NCBI GenBank assembly: GCA_045538295.1
Contig: JAZSRD010000101.1
Span: 1-61,320, forward strand
Length of the DNA: 61,320 nt
Direction: 5' to 3'
Origin: Eubacteriales bacterium
GTDB taxonomy: Bacteria; Bacillota; Clostridia; Oscillospirales; QAKW01
This document shows positions 1-7,160 of the stretch, one piece after another (positions within the stretch are counted from its first letter, which is position 1; every line of letters starts with the position of its first letter). The translations under genes were made by a program, and so were the position numbers. Below the pieces are notes generated by a model, which did no database searches, was not told the origin of the DNA, and saw only the letters and a program-made list of their open reading frames with translations.

Positions 1-3
1 TCC

Positions 4-288
4 TCATATATCCTCGACCCCCTCCAACCCTTGCATCACTTCCACCATTATGCGAGTGGCAAGGATAAATCCCGAACTGAATGCCTCACGCTCGGTGATG
101 CAAGACAGTTCACTTGTGCAGTCCTTGAACTTTTCAAAGGTTTCTTTCTGCTTTTCCGTAAGCCCTGCATTCAGTTCTTCTTCATTTTTGCATATCAGCT
201 TGACGAGTTTATCCACTCTCGTTCCTCGCTTGATGTACCTTTCGTGCGGACTGATGTTGCCATAGTATAAATCTTCAAGTGTTGTCAT
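4..288 (-). CDS. Small conserved hypothetical protein (MTTLEDLYYGNISPHE... type, as seen in Firmicute integrative/conjugative elements)
   Basis: The ORF is 4..339. An internal ATG at 288 is preceded by AAGGAGG (revcomp of 293-299). The N-terminal LEDLYYGNI-P-E motif is recalled from ICE accessory regions. Confidence 0.55.
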   Translation of the reverse strand: MTTLEDLYYGNISPHERYIKRGTRVDKLVKLICKNEEELNAGLTEKQKETFEKFKDCTSELSCITEREAFSSGFILATRIMVEVMQGLEGVEDI

Positions 289-410
289 GTGCGTTGCACC
301 TCCTTTTGCAACACAAACACATACCACAACACCTTTCATAAGTCCAGAGTTTTTTAAAACAACGCCTACAGCTCATCTTTTCAATTGGTAAGCCGTAAGC
401 GCTGTTTCTG

Positions 411-599
411 TTATAATATCAATTTCAATAAATCTTTCTCACACTCTTCGATTAGTATATCAACCTTTGGAGTTTTGCACATTCGTTCTGTATGCTTTTC
501 AAAAGTACAATAATCTTGCAGAATATCATGCATCCCTTTTGCCATTGCATAGATTGGGAAAACAGAATATGTATGCGGATTAATTGCTAACGTCTGCAA
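411..599 (-). CDS. Hypothetical 62-aa ORF, possibly a fourth gene of the unknown operon
   Basis: The ORF starts 21 nt downstream of the 322-aa gene on the same strand. It has no convincing RBS and no recognisable motifs. Confidence 0.25.
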   Translation of the reverse strand: MQTLAINPHTYSVFPIYAMAKGMHDILQDYCTFEKHTERMCKTPKVDILIEECEKDLLKLIL

Positions 600-620
600 G
601 TTATAACATTCCCGAATATC

Positions 621-1589
621 TTATAGACGTTTATCATAAGTGAAAAAATACGGAATTAAGACATCGCCCTTTTTTGCATCAAACATCATACTGGAATAAT
701 CCATAAAGCGAAGGTGCATTAAATCCCAAGTCATATTCTTGAGTTGTTTTAAAATATTTTTGTTACCTATATGTATTTTACCGAAAAAACCACAACTACT
801 TCCTTTAGAGAAATAGACTTTAGCTAAATTTATCTCCGGCTGCATAATTCTGCACAGCTTGGTGGTAATAAACTCAATAAATATTTTCAGTTTCTTTTCT
901 ACCGACTCTTTTTGATGCTCCAGTTGTATTTGGCTCATTTTAAGCAGAGAAAGGTATATCATCTTATATTGTTCTTTTATTTCAAAAAGGAATTCAAACT
1001 CTTCTTTCTCGTACATCGAAACGATTGCCCCAACTTGTTCCCAACATACCTTTTCATTGCCGGCATTCTCTCCTACCAGCATCTCATACGCAAAAAGTGT
1101 GCGTTTCACGCTTTCTTTTCGGCTAAGATCAAACATAAGGTTTTCAATCGTGTATGGTACATGATCAATTCCTAAGCCACCACCCCTAAGTAACTGGATG
1201 ACAGTCTCGAAACCGTCATAAGGAACATAGCCGTTTTTATAATATTTTTCGATATAACTTACTGTTTGCGTATCAAATGAAACACACCTAAAGATTCTTG
1301 CTCTGGAATCATGGCTGCGTAAACACCTTTTCAATATTCTATCATTAATAACGCTTACTCTTTCGTTGACAAATGGGGTAAATAATCGTTCTCTAATTCC
1401 AGATATCTCTTCTAACCCTGCATAAAGATCCATATTATCCAGCTCTTTTGTTGCAACAATAAATGTCCAATCTTTAAGCGCCCTTCTATTGAGCAAATAA
1501 AAATCAAACATATCAGCAAAAGAAGTTAGATGGCTCATTTGATTAGTCAAAAAGGCAATTAATTCTCTATGTCCAATTTCCGTTGTCAT
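621..1589 (-). CDS. Hypothetical protein C (322 aa) of the candidate defence operon, with possible PIN-like motifs
   Basis: This is a long ORF in AT-rich DNA. Its ATG directly abuts the stop of the upstream gene (1590). CVSFDTQTV and the C-terminal IPYFFTYDKRL resemble the first and last acidic motifs of PIN-type nucleases (weak). I see no P-loop or other known signature. Confidence 0.75.
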   Translation of the reverse strand: MTTEIGHRELIAFLTNQMSHLTSFADMFDFYLLNRRALKDWTFIVATKELDNMDLYAGLEEISGIRERLFTPFVNERVSVINDRILKRCLRSHDSRARIFRCVSFDTQTVSYIEKYYKNGYVPYDGFETVIQLLRGGGLGIDHVPYTIENLMFDLSRKESVKRTLFAYEMLVGENAGNEKVCWEQVGAIVSMYEKEEFEFLFEIKEQYKMIYLSLLKMSQIQLEHQKESVEKKLKIFIEFITTKLCRIMQPEINLAKVYFSKGSSCGFFGKIHIGNKNILKQLKNMTWDLMHLRFMDYSSMMFDAKKGDVLIPYFFTYDKRL

Positions 1590-2117
1590 TCATCCTCTTT
1601 TCCTGTTCCATTTTAAATCGTATAACCAGTTGTGATTTACACGAACTATATATTCATCCTCTTTCTTATATTGCTCGTAGAAGGATTCGCGAAAATAAGG
1701 TTTTTCACAATATGTACCTTTCTTTATAAATTCGCACAAAGGAAAAAAACTATGTTCGTGTTCTACGGCTTTTTCGTCTTCAAATTGAAGATACTCTTTC
1801 GTGTCACAAATCAACAAATGTCCCGACTGATTTTCTGAAAATTTTTCAGCCGAACGTAATTTCCCGGTAAAACTTTGTATAGGCCGATTGGAAAGTCTTC
1901 TGCATGATCGAAATAAAACAGGTCTTTCTTGTGGTAAATATATCTTTAAGACAATATCCCAAACATCATAGTAAGATTTGGTTTTTTCAGCTCCGTCACT
2001 CATAACCCAGTTGTATATAAATGAAATGGATTCCGGCGATAAAGGCGTATCTTCATCCATAAACGCAACAATATTATTGGCAATTTGTTCTTTCTTATTT
2101 TTGCTTATCCTATGCAT
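1590..2117 (-). CDS. Hypothetical protein B (175 aa) of the candidate defence operon
   Basis: The ORF lies 32 nt after the upstream gene and abuts the downstream gene. I recognise no family. Confidence 0.75.
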   Translation of the reverse strand: MHRISKNKKEQIANNIVAFMDEDTPLSPESISFIYNWVMSDGAEKTKSYYDVWDIVLKIYLPQERPVLFRSCRRLSNRPIQSFTGKLRSAEKFSENQSGHLLICDTKEYLQFEDEKAVEHEHSFFPLCEFIKKGTYCEKPYFRESFYEQYKKEDEYIVRVNHNWLYDLKWNRKRG

Positions 2118-2149
2118 AAACTACAACCTCTTTTTATCTCGCTTCATCG

Positions 2150-2758
2150 TTAACTCTTTGGCAATACTTCTTCAAGCATCATTTCACGATCTTGTTTTGG
2201 AAGGCTGTTTATATACTTGTCCCAATCTAAAATAGAATAATTAAAGAAGGTGAACTTTTCCTTGTTATTTTTATAGTAATTCTCTGCTGACAAACATAGA
2301 ATCATACAAAGTCTTCTAACGCTTACTCTGTATTCTCGGTGCTCTACGCCATCATTATCTATTGTTAGCGTTCCTGCTTCGCCACCATATATTTTAAAAG
2401 GTTTTTCAGTTTCAATAACTATTTTAAAGTGTTCAATAGGACAATCTTTTTTATTGTGGCGTTGTTTATATTCGTCATTATCAAGATTAGGATTTCCTTG
2501 ATGAAACAGCGAACTTCTAAAATTATACACAATTTCTCCACTTAAATAGGGCATATCTGGACCGCCTTCAACAGACGGAGACTTTTCGTATTGACCTATA
2601 TACTCATCATACCAAAGTTTGTATCGACTTGTAGACCCTTTATCTGGATATTCAGCTTTGCCACATATATCAGGTAGGGTTAGTGCTAATGATAGCGCTG
2701 CAAAATATAAATTATAAGATAAAGCTACGTTTATCTCTTCAATAAGTTTTGTTATCAT
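2150..2758 (-). CDS. Hypothetical protein A (202 aa), a possible HEPN-like protein (Rx4H)
   Basis: AAGGAGG lies 8 nt upstream of the ATG. The motif NFRSSLFHQG (R-x4-H followed by a small residue) follows a helical N-terminus (LYFAALSLALTLPDICG), as in HEPN RNases. This is inference only. Confidence 0.75.
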   Translation of the reverse strand: MITKLIEEINVALSYNLYFAALSLALTLPDICGKAEYPDKGSTSRYKLWYDEYIGQYEKSPSVEGGPDMPYLSGEIVYNFRSSLFHQGNPNLDNDEYKQRHNKKDCPIEHFKIVIETEKPFKIYGGEAGTLTIDNDGVEHREYRVSVRRLCMILCLSAENYYKNNKEKFTFFNYSILDWDKYINSLPKQDREMMLEEVLPKS

Positions 2759-2861
2759 ATTGCAAACCTCCTTTGAATTTGTTCGCTGTGATTAAATAAA
2801 ACTTGACAATTCCTTTTCTCCAAGTTAACATACATCAAACCTATTAATGAGGAGGAAATTT

Positions 2862-2936
2862 ATGAAATTAATCAAAAAGGCTTTCATATTTTTTTGTTTT
2901 GTGTTATACTGTAAGAGAATCGAGGTGATATCGTGA
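2862..2936 (+). CDS. 24-codon upstream ORF (MKLIKKAFIFFCFVLYCKRIEVIS) translationally coupled to the Dam-family methyltransferase
   Basis: GAGGAGG lies 7 nt upstream of the ATG at 2862. Its TGA stop overlaps the GTG start at 2933 (GTGA). Confidence 0.3.
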   Translation: MKLIKKAFIFFCFVLYCKRIEVIS

Positions 2937-4051
2937 ATCCAATCATTAAATGGCCTGGTGGAAAATCAAGAGAAATTGATAAGATTGAACATCTTATTCC
3001 TGATTTCAAACGATATATTGAACCGTTTTTTGGCGGTGGTGCGCTGTTCTTTCATCTTGCGCCTAAGTCTGCTGCAATCAACGATATCTCCGAATCTTTA
3101 ATTCAATATTACAAACTGATCAAGAATCAAGATAAACAACTTTACGATCTTTTGATGTGCTACAATAACAGTTTTAATAATATAGTATCTGTATGTAGCA
3201 AAGAAACAAACGAATTATTACATATCTTTTTCAGATTAAAAGAAGGCACCATTCAAAAGGACGAGTTAAGTTCTACATTAGAAGCACTGATATCAAGTAT
3301 GTCAGATAAAATAAACTCCGGTTTCAGTGAGAAACTTCTTTTAGATAAAGATGACTTTGATTCTTTCCTTCATCAAATGGTTGAAGACAAATTTGTTAGA
3401 ACGGTTGCTAACTACAATAAAAAACCATTTACAACCGAAGATTTATGTGAGAACTTGATTACCGGATTTACAAGCGGATATTATATGTATTTCCGCAAAA
3501 TCTTTAATGATATTAGTCTCGGTAGAATTACTGATCAATCTGTTCAATATCAAGCTGCGAACTTCTATTTCATCAGAGAATATTGTTACGGCTCTATGTT
3601 CCGCTATAATTCCAAAGGTGAATTTAACATACCATATGGCGGCATGTCATACAACAGAAAAGACATGAAAGCAAAAATCGATAACATGTTCAATAGAGAA
3701 ATTGATCAGTTATTTGCTAACACAGATATTCATTGCTCTGATTTTGAAGACTTCTTTAAAAATGTCAATCTTACAAGCAATGACTTCATGTTCTTAGATC
3801 CCCCTTATGATACAGACTTTTCCGATTATGAGGGCAAAGACTTTACAAAGTTTGATCAAGAACGTCTGGCGCATGCTTTAAAGAAAACACTTGCCAAATT
3901 TATCCTTGTTATCAAAAACACCGACTTTATCAACGGCTTATATGAGAAAGATTTCAATATTCTAAGTTTTGATAAACAATATACTTACAATGTTAGAAGT
4001 CGAAATGATAGAGACGTCGAACACCTAATTATTACAAACCTCTCGGTTTAA
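2933..4051 (+). CDS. Dam-family (D12 class, alpha-type) N6-adenine DNA methyltransferase with an enlarged target-recognition region
   Basis: The N-terminus is IIKWPGGKS. Motif I is EPFFGGGALF, followed by FRYNSKGEFNIPYGG, and motif IV is FLDPPYD. It has a GTG start with a GAGGTG RBS. Confidence 0.9.
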   Translation: MNPIIKWPGGKSREIDKIEHLIPDFKRYIEPFFGGGALFFHLAPKSAAINDISESLIQYYKLIKNQDKQLYDLLMCYNNSFNNIVSVCSKETNELLHIFFRLKEGTIQKDELSSTLEALISSMSDKINSGFSEKLLLDKDDFDSFLHQMVEDKFVRTVANYNKKPFTTEDLCENLITGFTSGYYMYFRKIFNDISLGRITDQSVQYQAANFYFIREYCYGSMFRYNSKGEFNIPYGGMSYNRKDMKAKIDNMFNREIDQLFANTDIHCSDFEDFFKNVNLTSNDFMFLDPPYDTDFSDYEGKDFTKFDQERLAHALKKTLAKFILVIKNTDFINGLYEKDFNILSFDKQYTYNVRSRNDRDVEHLIITNLSV

Positions 4052-4063
4052 TACCGAGAGGTT
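4037..4063. terminator. Bidirectional hairpin between convergent genes
   Basis: The stem is aacctctcggt / accgagaggtt (11 bp) with loop ttaat, followed by aaattttta. Confidence 0.6.
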
Positions 4064-4069
4064 AAATTT

Positions 4070-4324
4070 TTATCGCGATTTAAACACGCAATTCTCATAG
4101 GATATCAAGTTTTTAGGGAAATTTCTATGACAATTCAAATTTCTACAACGTTGCTCATACATTGCTTCTCCGGGTCGTGTTGTAGAAGGACTAAGGTCAT
4201 AGTCCGAGAGATCAAAAGCCAAAGGAACCCGTCTTTTAAATTCTGTTAACGTGATTTCTCCTTCAATTTCCAATATAGTCTTTAAGAACTCAATTAAATT
4301 TGCTTCAGTTATTTCTCTTTTCAC
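4070..4324 (-). CDS. Hypothetical 84-aa protein, last gene of the R-M operon
   Basis: The ORF starts 15 nt after the upstream nuclease gene. It has no firm family. There is a loose resemblance to small winged-helix N-terminal domains of restriction proteins. Confidence 0.55.
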   Translation of the reverse strand: MKREITEANLIEFLKTILEIEGEITLTEFKRRVPLAFDLSDYDLSPSTTRPGEAMYEQRCRNLNCHRNFPKNLISYENCVFKSR

Positions 4325-4339
4325 TTCTGTTGCCTCCCT

Positions 4340-5242
4340 TTATAGATTTTGTAGGCTTTCTTCTAAACCGGTTGCTTGAAAAGCATTTGCATAAACTGAA
4401 ATAAAGTCATCATATGTAAATTTATCGTGAGGAATAATTTTATCCCAGAATGTGCGGTTGTTACAAATTGTATTGTCACCAAGGATTTCTTCCAAATCGC
4501 TTTTGACCGCAGCAGAACACTCCCCATAACAAGTTGCGAAATAAGCAGAACAATTTGTTAAGAAACTGAACAAACCGGAAAGCCTTTTCACTTCTTCGGC
4601 ATTGCTTTCAGAATTTTTTGTATCAAGATTACCGCCCATTTTTATTTCGAAAGCATTTGCTCCGTCTAATGTTCCATCTGCGCAATCGAAGAACAGCAAA
4701 TCAACAGGAAGTTTCTTCCCGTGCACCTTGTTGTTTAGTAAATTGTTCATTGCATCGTTAGCAATGCCATAAAACTGATATCTTTCTATATGTAAAGATG
4801 TAGATCTTGCCTTGATTTTTAAACTTCTTTTTATATCTCTTTCAGATGAGTGTGTATCTACATAAATGTATTGCCTATAAGGATTAAATCCTTTGTTCTG
4901 CTCTTCGACAGGCAAATCACAACTAACACTATATAGTACACATTCAATGTTTCTCGCCGCACGATCTGTGATATTGATCTCAACGATATTAGGAACATGT
5001 TCGGTTTTGTACCTCATTCGTGCAATAAAGAAAATTATTCGTTGTAGCCTATTGCCTAATTGTGAGTCAACGCTCCGTCCTAATGCCATATATTTTTTTA
5101 TGTTAGTATCATCGAAGATTAAAAACGGATTGTTTTCTCTGTTGGACATATTGTCTTGAAAATTGGCAACAACATTCTGTGCTAAACCATTTAATTCGCT
5201 TAGCATTTTATTGTAGAGCAAATCCTTTGTTATTTCAGTCAT
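4340..5242 (-). CDS. Type II restriction endonuclease-like protein, paralogue 2 (PD-ExK)
   Basis: It carries PVDLLFFD...EIKMGGNLDTKNSESN, and CSAYFATCY and FWDKIIP are shared with paralogue 1. The ATG at 5242 overlaps the methyltransferase stop (ATGACTGA). Confidence 0.75.
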   Translation of the reverse strand: MTEITKDLLYNKMLSELNGLAQNVVANFQDNMSNRENNPFLIFDDTNIKKYMALGRSVDSQLGNRLQRIIFFIARMRYKTEHVPNIVEINITDRAARNIECVLYSVSCDLPVEEQNKGFNPYRQYIYVDTHSSERDIKRSLKIKARSTSLHIERYQFYGIANDAMNNLLNNKVHGKKLPVDLLFFDCADGTLDGANAFEIKMGGNLDTKNSESNAEEVKRLSGLFSFLTNCSAYFATCYGECSAAVKSDLEEILGDNTICNNRTFWDKIIPHDKFTYDDFISVYANAFQATGLEESLQNL

Positions 5243-5972
5243 TTTTATTTTCCACTCCATCTATTCTCTTTACAGCTGCTTTGAAATAGTTTTTTTCAAT
5301 TTCTATTCCGATATATTTACGTCCACTTTTTAATGCTGCCACACCTGCAGATCCAACGCCCATAAACGGATCGAATACGACGTCGCCCTCATTAGAAGCG
5401 ATATTGATAATATGTTCGAGAAGTGCAACAGGCTTCTGAGCAGGATGCTTAGGATTGGATAGACGCTCTGGACGCATACATATAGGACTTTGAAAGAAGT
5501 TATGCATTTCGTTTTGAGTTGTAAAATTCCATTTGTGACCTTTGTTCCACATACACGCTATCATTTCGCAACTATTTAAAAATCCATTTTTGAATATCTT
5601 CGGTGCAGGATTAGTCTTGTGCCATACGAAAAATTGAAATGTATCAAACTCACTATCAAAAGCTGCGTGCCATTTTCCTATTAGATTGTAACTTGTAAAT
5701 ACGAAAATATTGCCGTCCGGCTTTAGTATCCTTTTAAAATCATCCAACATAGCAAAAGGATCAATTTCTTTAAGATCCCATTTTCCCAAGTCGTTATTAA
5801 GAGCACTTCGGCCTGGCAAATCAATGTTACCTGTAGAATATTGCGCAATGTTATACGGAGGATCAGTTAAAATAAGATCAATGCTATTGTCCGGAATTTG
5901 ACTCAAATAATTGAGACAATCTCCGTTGACAAGAGTGTATTTCTTTGATTTAATTTTTTCAACCTTATACAT
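5235..5972 (-). CDS. Beta-class N6-adenine/N4-cytosine DNA methyltransferase (DPPY before FxGxG)
   Basis: It carries LILTDPPYNI followed by the C-terminal VFDPFMGVGSAGVAAL..GRKYIGIEI. Confidence 0.9.
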   Translation of the reverse strand: MYKVEKIKSKKYTLVNGDCLNYLSQIPDNSIDLILTDPPYNIAQYSTGNIDLPGRSALNNDLGKWDLKEIDPFAMLDDFKRILKPDGNIFVFTSYNLIGKWHAAFDSEFDTFQFFVWHKTNPAPKIFKNGFLNSCEMIACMWNKGHKWNFTTQNEMHNFFQSPICMRPERLSNPKHPAQKPVALLEHIINIASNEGDVVFDPFMGVGSAGVAALKSGRKYIGIEIEKNYFKAAVKRIDGVENKND

Positions 5973-5973
5973 A

Positions 5974-6837
5974 TCAACTATTAATACACTTGTTGATCAT
6001 TTCAACAATGCGGTCATTTAACCCGATTTCTTCCAAAGCCTCTTTGTAAATCTCCTCAAATTCTTCAAAAGAAATACCGTCAGGGAGAATTTTTGTCCAA
6101 AGATTTTTGCCAATTAAGAACATTTCGGGATATGCCAAATGCTTTTTAACAGCACCTTTCCAAGTGTTTCCTTCTCCGTCTTTGTTGTAAAGCGTAGCGA
6201 AATAGGCTTTGCAGTTTTCAATACCCATATCCACATAAATGGTAAGCAGTTTTTCAACATTTGAAGGTGCATTGGAACTATCAAGATCTCCACCAGCCTT
6301 AAGTTCCATCACATTCCATTCTGTTCCGTCAAAGAAAGCTAAATCTACTGGCTTTGAATAGATTTCGGTGGTGCGATACTTTTCAGAAAGAGGAAGAAGG
6401 TGTTCTTTGATACTGCTCTGGGTAACACCGCTTTCTACACGCAGTTTGCCCGCACCTCTTGCCTCATTGTTAGCTCTAAAAGCAGAAATTTCTCCGCGAA
6501 GATTACCATTATGTGTATCAACATCAGTAACAACAATCTGTCCTGATATCCTTGTTTCATCAATATTGTGCCGAAGGTTTCGAGGATTGACAATAGTGGG
6601 AACATTTTCCTCACCGAATTTAAGCCTTGCAATGCGCTTGGCGCAAGTTTCAATTGCAAAACCGCTCTTGGACTCAAAGCTACTGACAAAAACCATACTT
6701 GCTGTTATATTTTCATCCATCTGACTGAGAAGAAAATTATTTACTTTTCTTTTATAGTTAGCCGCAAAATCCTTTTCAATCAGATCGGTAAGTTTAGAAA
6801 ATTCCTCGAAAACAATCTGTTTAATTGTATTTCTCAT
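5974..6837 (-). CDS. Type II restriction endonuclease-like protein, paralogue 1 (PD-ExK)
   Basis: It carries PVDLAFFD...ELKAGGDLDSSNAPSN, CKAYFATLY and LWTKILP. GGAGG lies 9 nt upstream of the ATG at 6837 (the ORF track start at 6858 is less likely). Confidence 0.75.
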   Translation of the reverse strand: MRNTIKQIVFEEFSKLTDLIEKDFAANYKRKVNNFLLSQMDENITASMVFVSSFESKSGFAIETCAKRIARLKFGEENVPTIVNPRNLRHNIDETRISGQIVVTDVDTHNGNLRGEISAFRANNEARGAGKLRVESGVTQSSIKEHLLPLSEKYRTTEIYSKPVDLAFFDGTEWNVMELKAGGDLDSSNAPSNVEKLLTIYVDMGIENCKAYFATLYNKDGEGNTWKGAVKKHLAYPEMFLIGKNLWTKILPDGISFEEFEEIYKEALEEIGLNDRIVEMINKCINS

Positions 6838-6873
6838 TTTTATGTACCTCCAAAGCACAAAATCTCATATTAT

Positions 6874-6902
6874 ATTTTAACATATTTCGCTAATTCTCGC
6901 AA
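6874..6902 (-). promoter_or_regulatory. Putative sigma-A promoter of the R-M operon
   Basis: On the minus strand the sequence reads TTGCGA, 17 nt, then TAAAAT with an upstream TG (TGtTAAAAT). Confidence 0.4.
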
Positions 6903-6942
6903 TAGCAAGAAAAATAAATATTCATTTTCTTGTATGGAATAA

Positions 6943-6986
6943 GAAAAGAACTGCTCATGAGGATTTTCTCATGAACAGTTCTTTTT
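6943..6986. terminator. Long hairpin at the right edge of the AT-rich island
   Basis: The stem is gaactgctcatgag / ctcatgaacagttc (14 bp, one mismatch), extended by flanking A and T runs. Confidence 0.5.
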
Positions 6987-7160
6987 CATTTGCACTCGTC
7001 AATCGGCTTATTTCATAGGATATTCAAAACATCCTTATGAGAACTTGCCTTTCGGCAATATTTTTTCTTCCTTTTTTATTTTGTTGCGAAGGAATGCTGT
7101 TAAAAGTTCTTATTTTTTCTTGCCTTTTGCGGTTCGGACTTTTTTTACATCCCCTTTTGT

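Larger units (their letters stand above)
1..7000. mobile_element. AT-rich accessory (defence) island segment, probably cargo of a larger integrated element that continues beyond the left window edge
   Basis: There is an abrupt, visible drop in GC between about 340 and 7000 compared with the mid-GC core from 7161 onward. The content is R-M genes plus unknown genes. The first gene resembles small hypotheticals seen in clostridial conjugative elements. No integrase or att site is visible in the window. Confidence 0.45.

Noticed and set aside
1590-2117. A possible R-S-ExE ADP-ribosyltransferase signature in the 175-aa protein (VLFRS ... QSFTG ... EDEY).
   Set aside because: The R-to-S spacing is only about 13 residues, compared with roughly 30-50 in known ARTs. 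The motifs are short enough to arise by chance, so I did not use it for annotation.
7059-7130. An imperfect direct repeat, tattttttctt(c/g)cctttt, seen twice about 52 nt apart at the island junction, considered as a possible att site.
   Set aside because: It is a low-complexity T-rich sequence with an indel. The left end of the island is outside the window, so no matching repeat can be tested.
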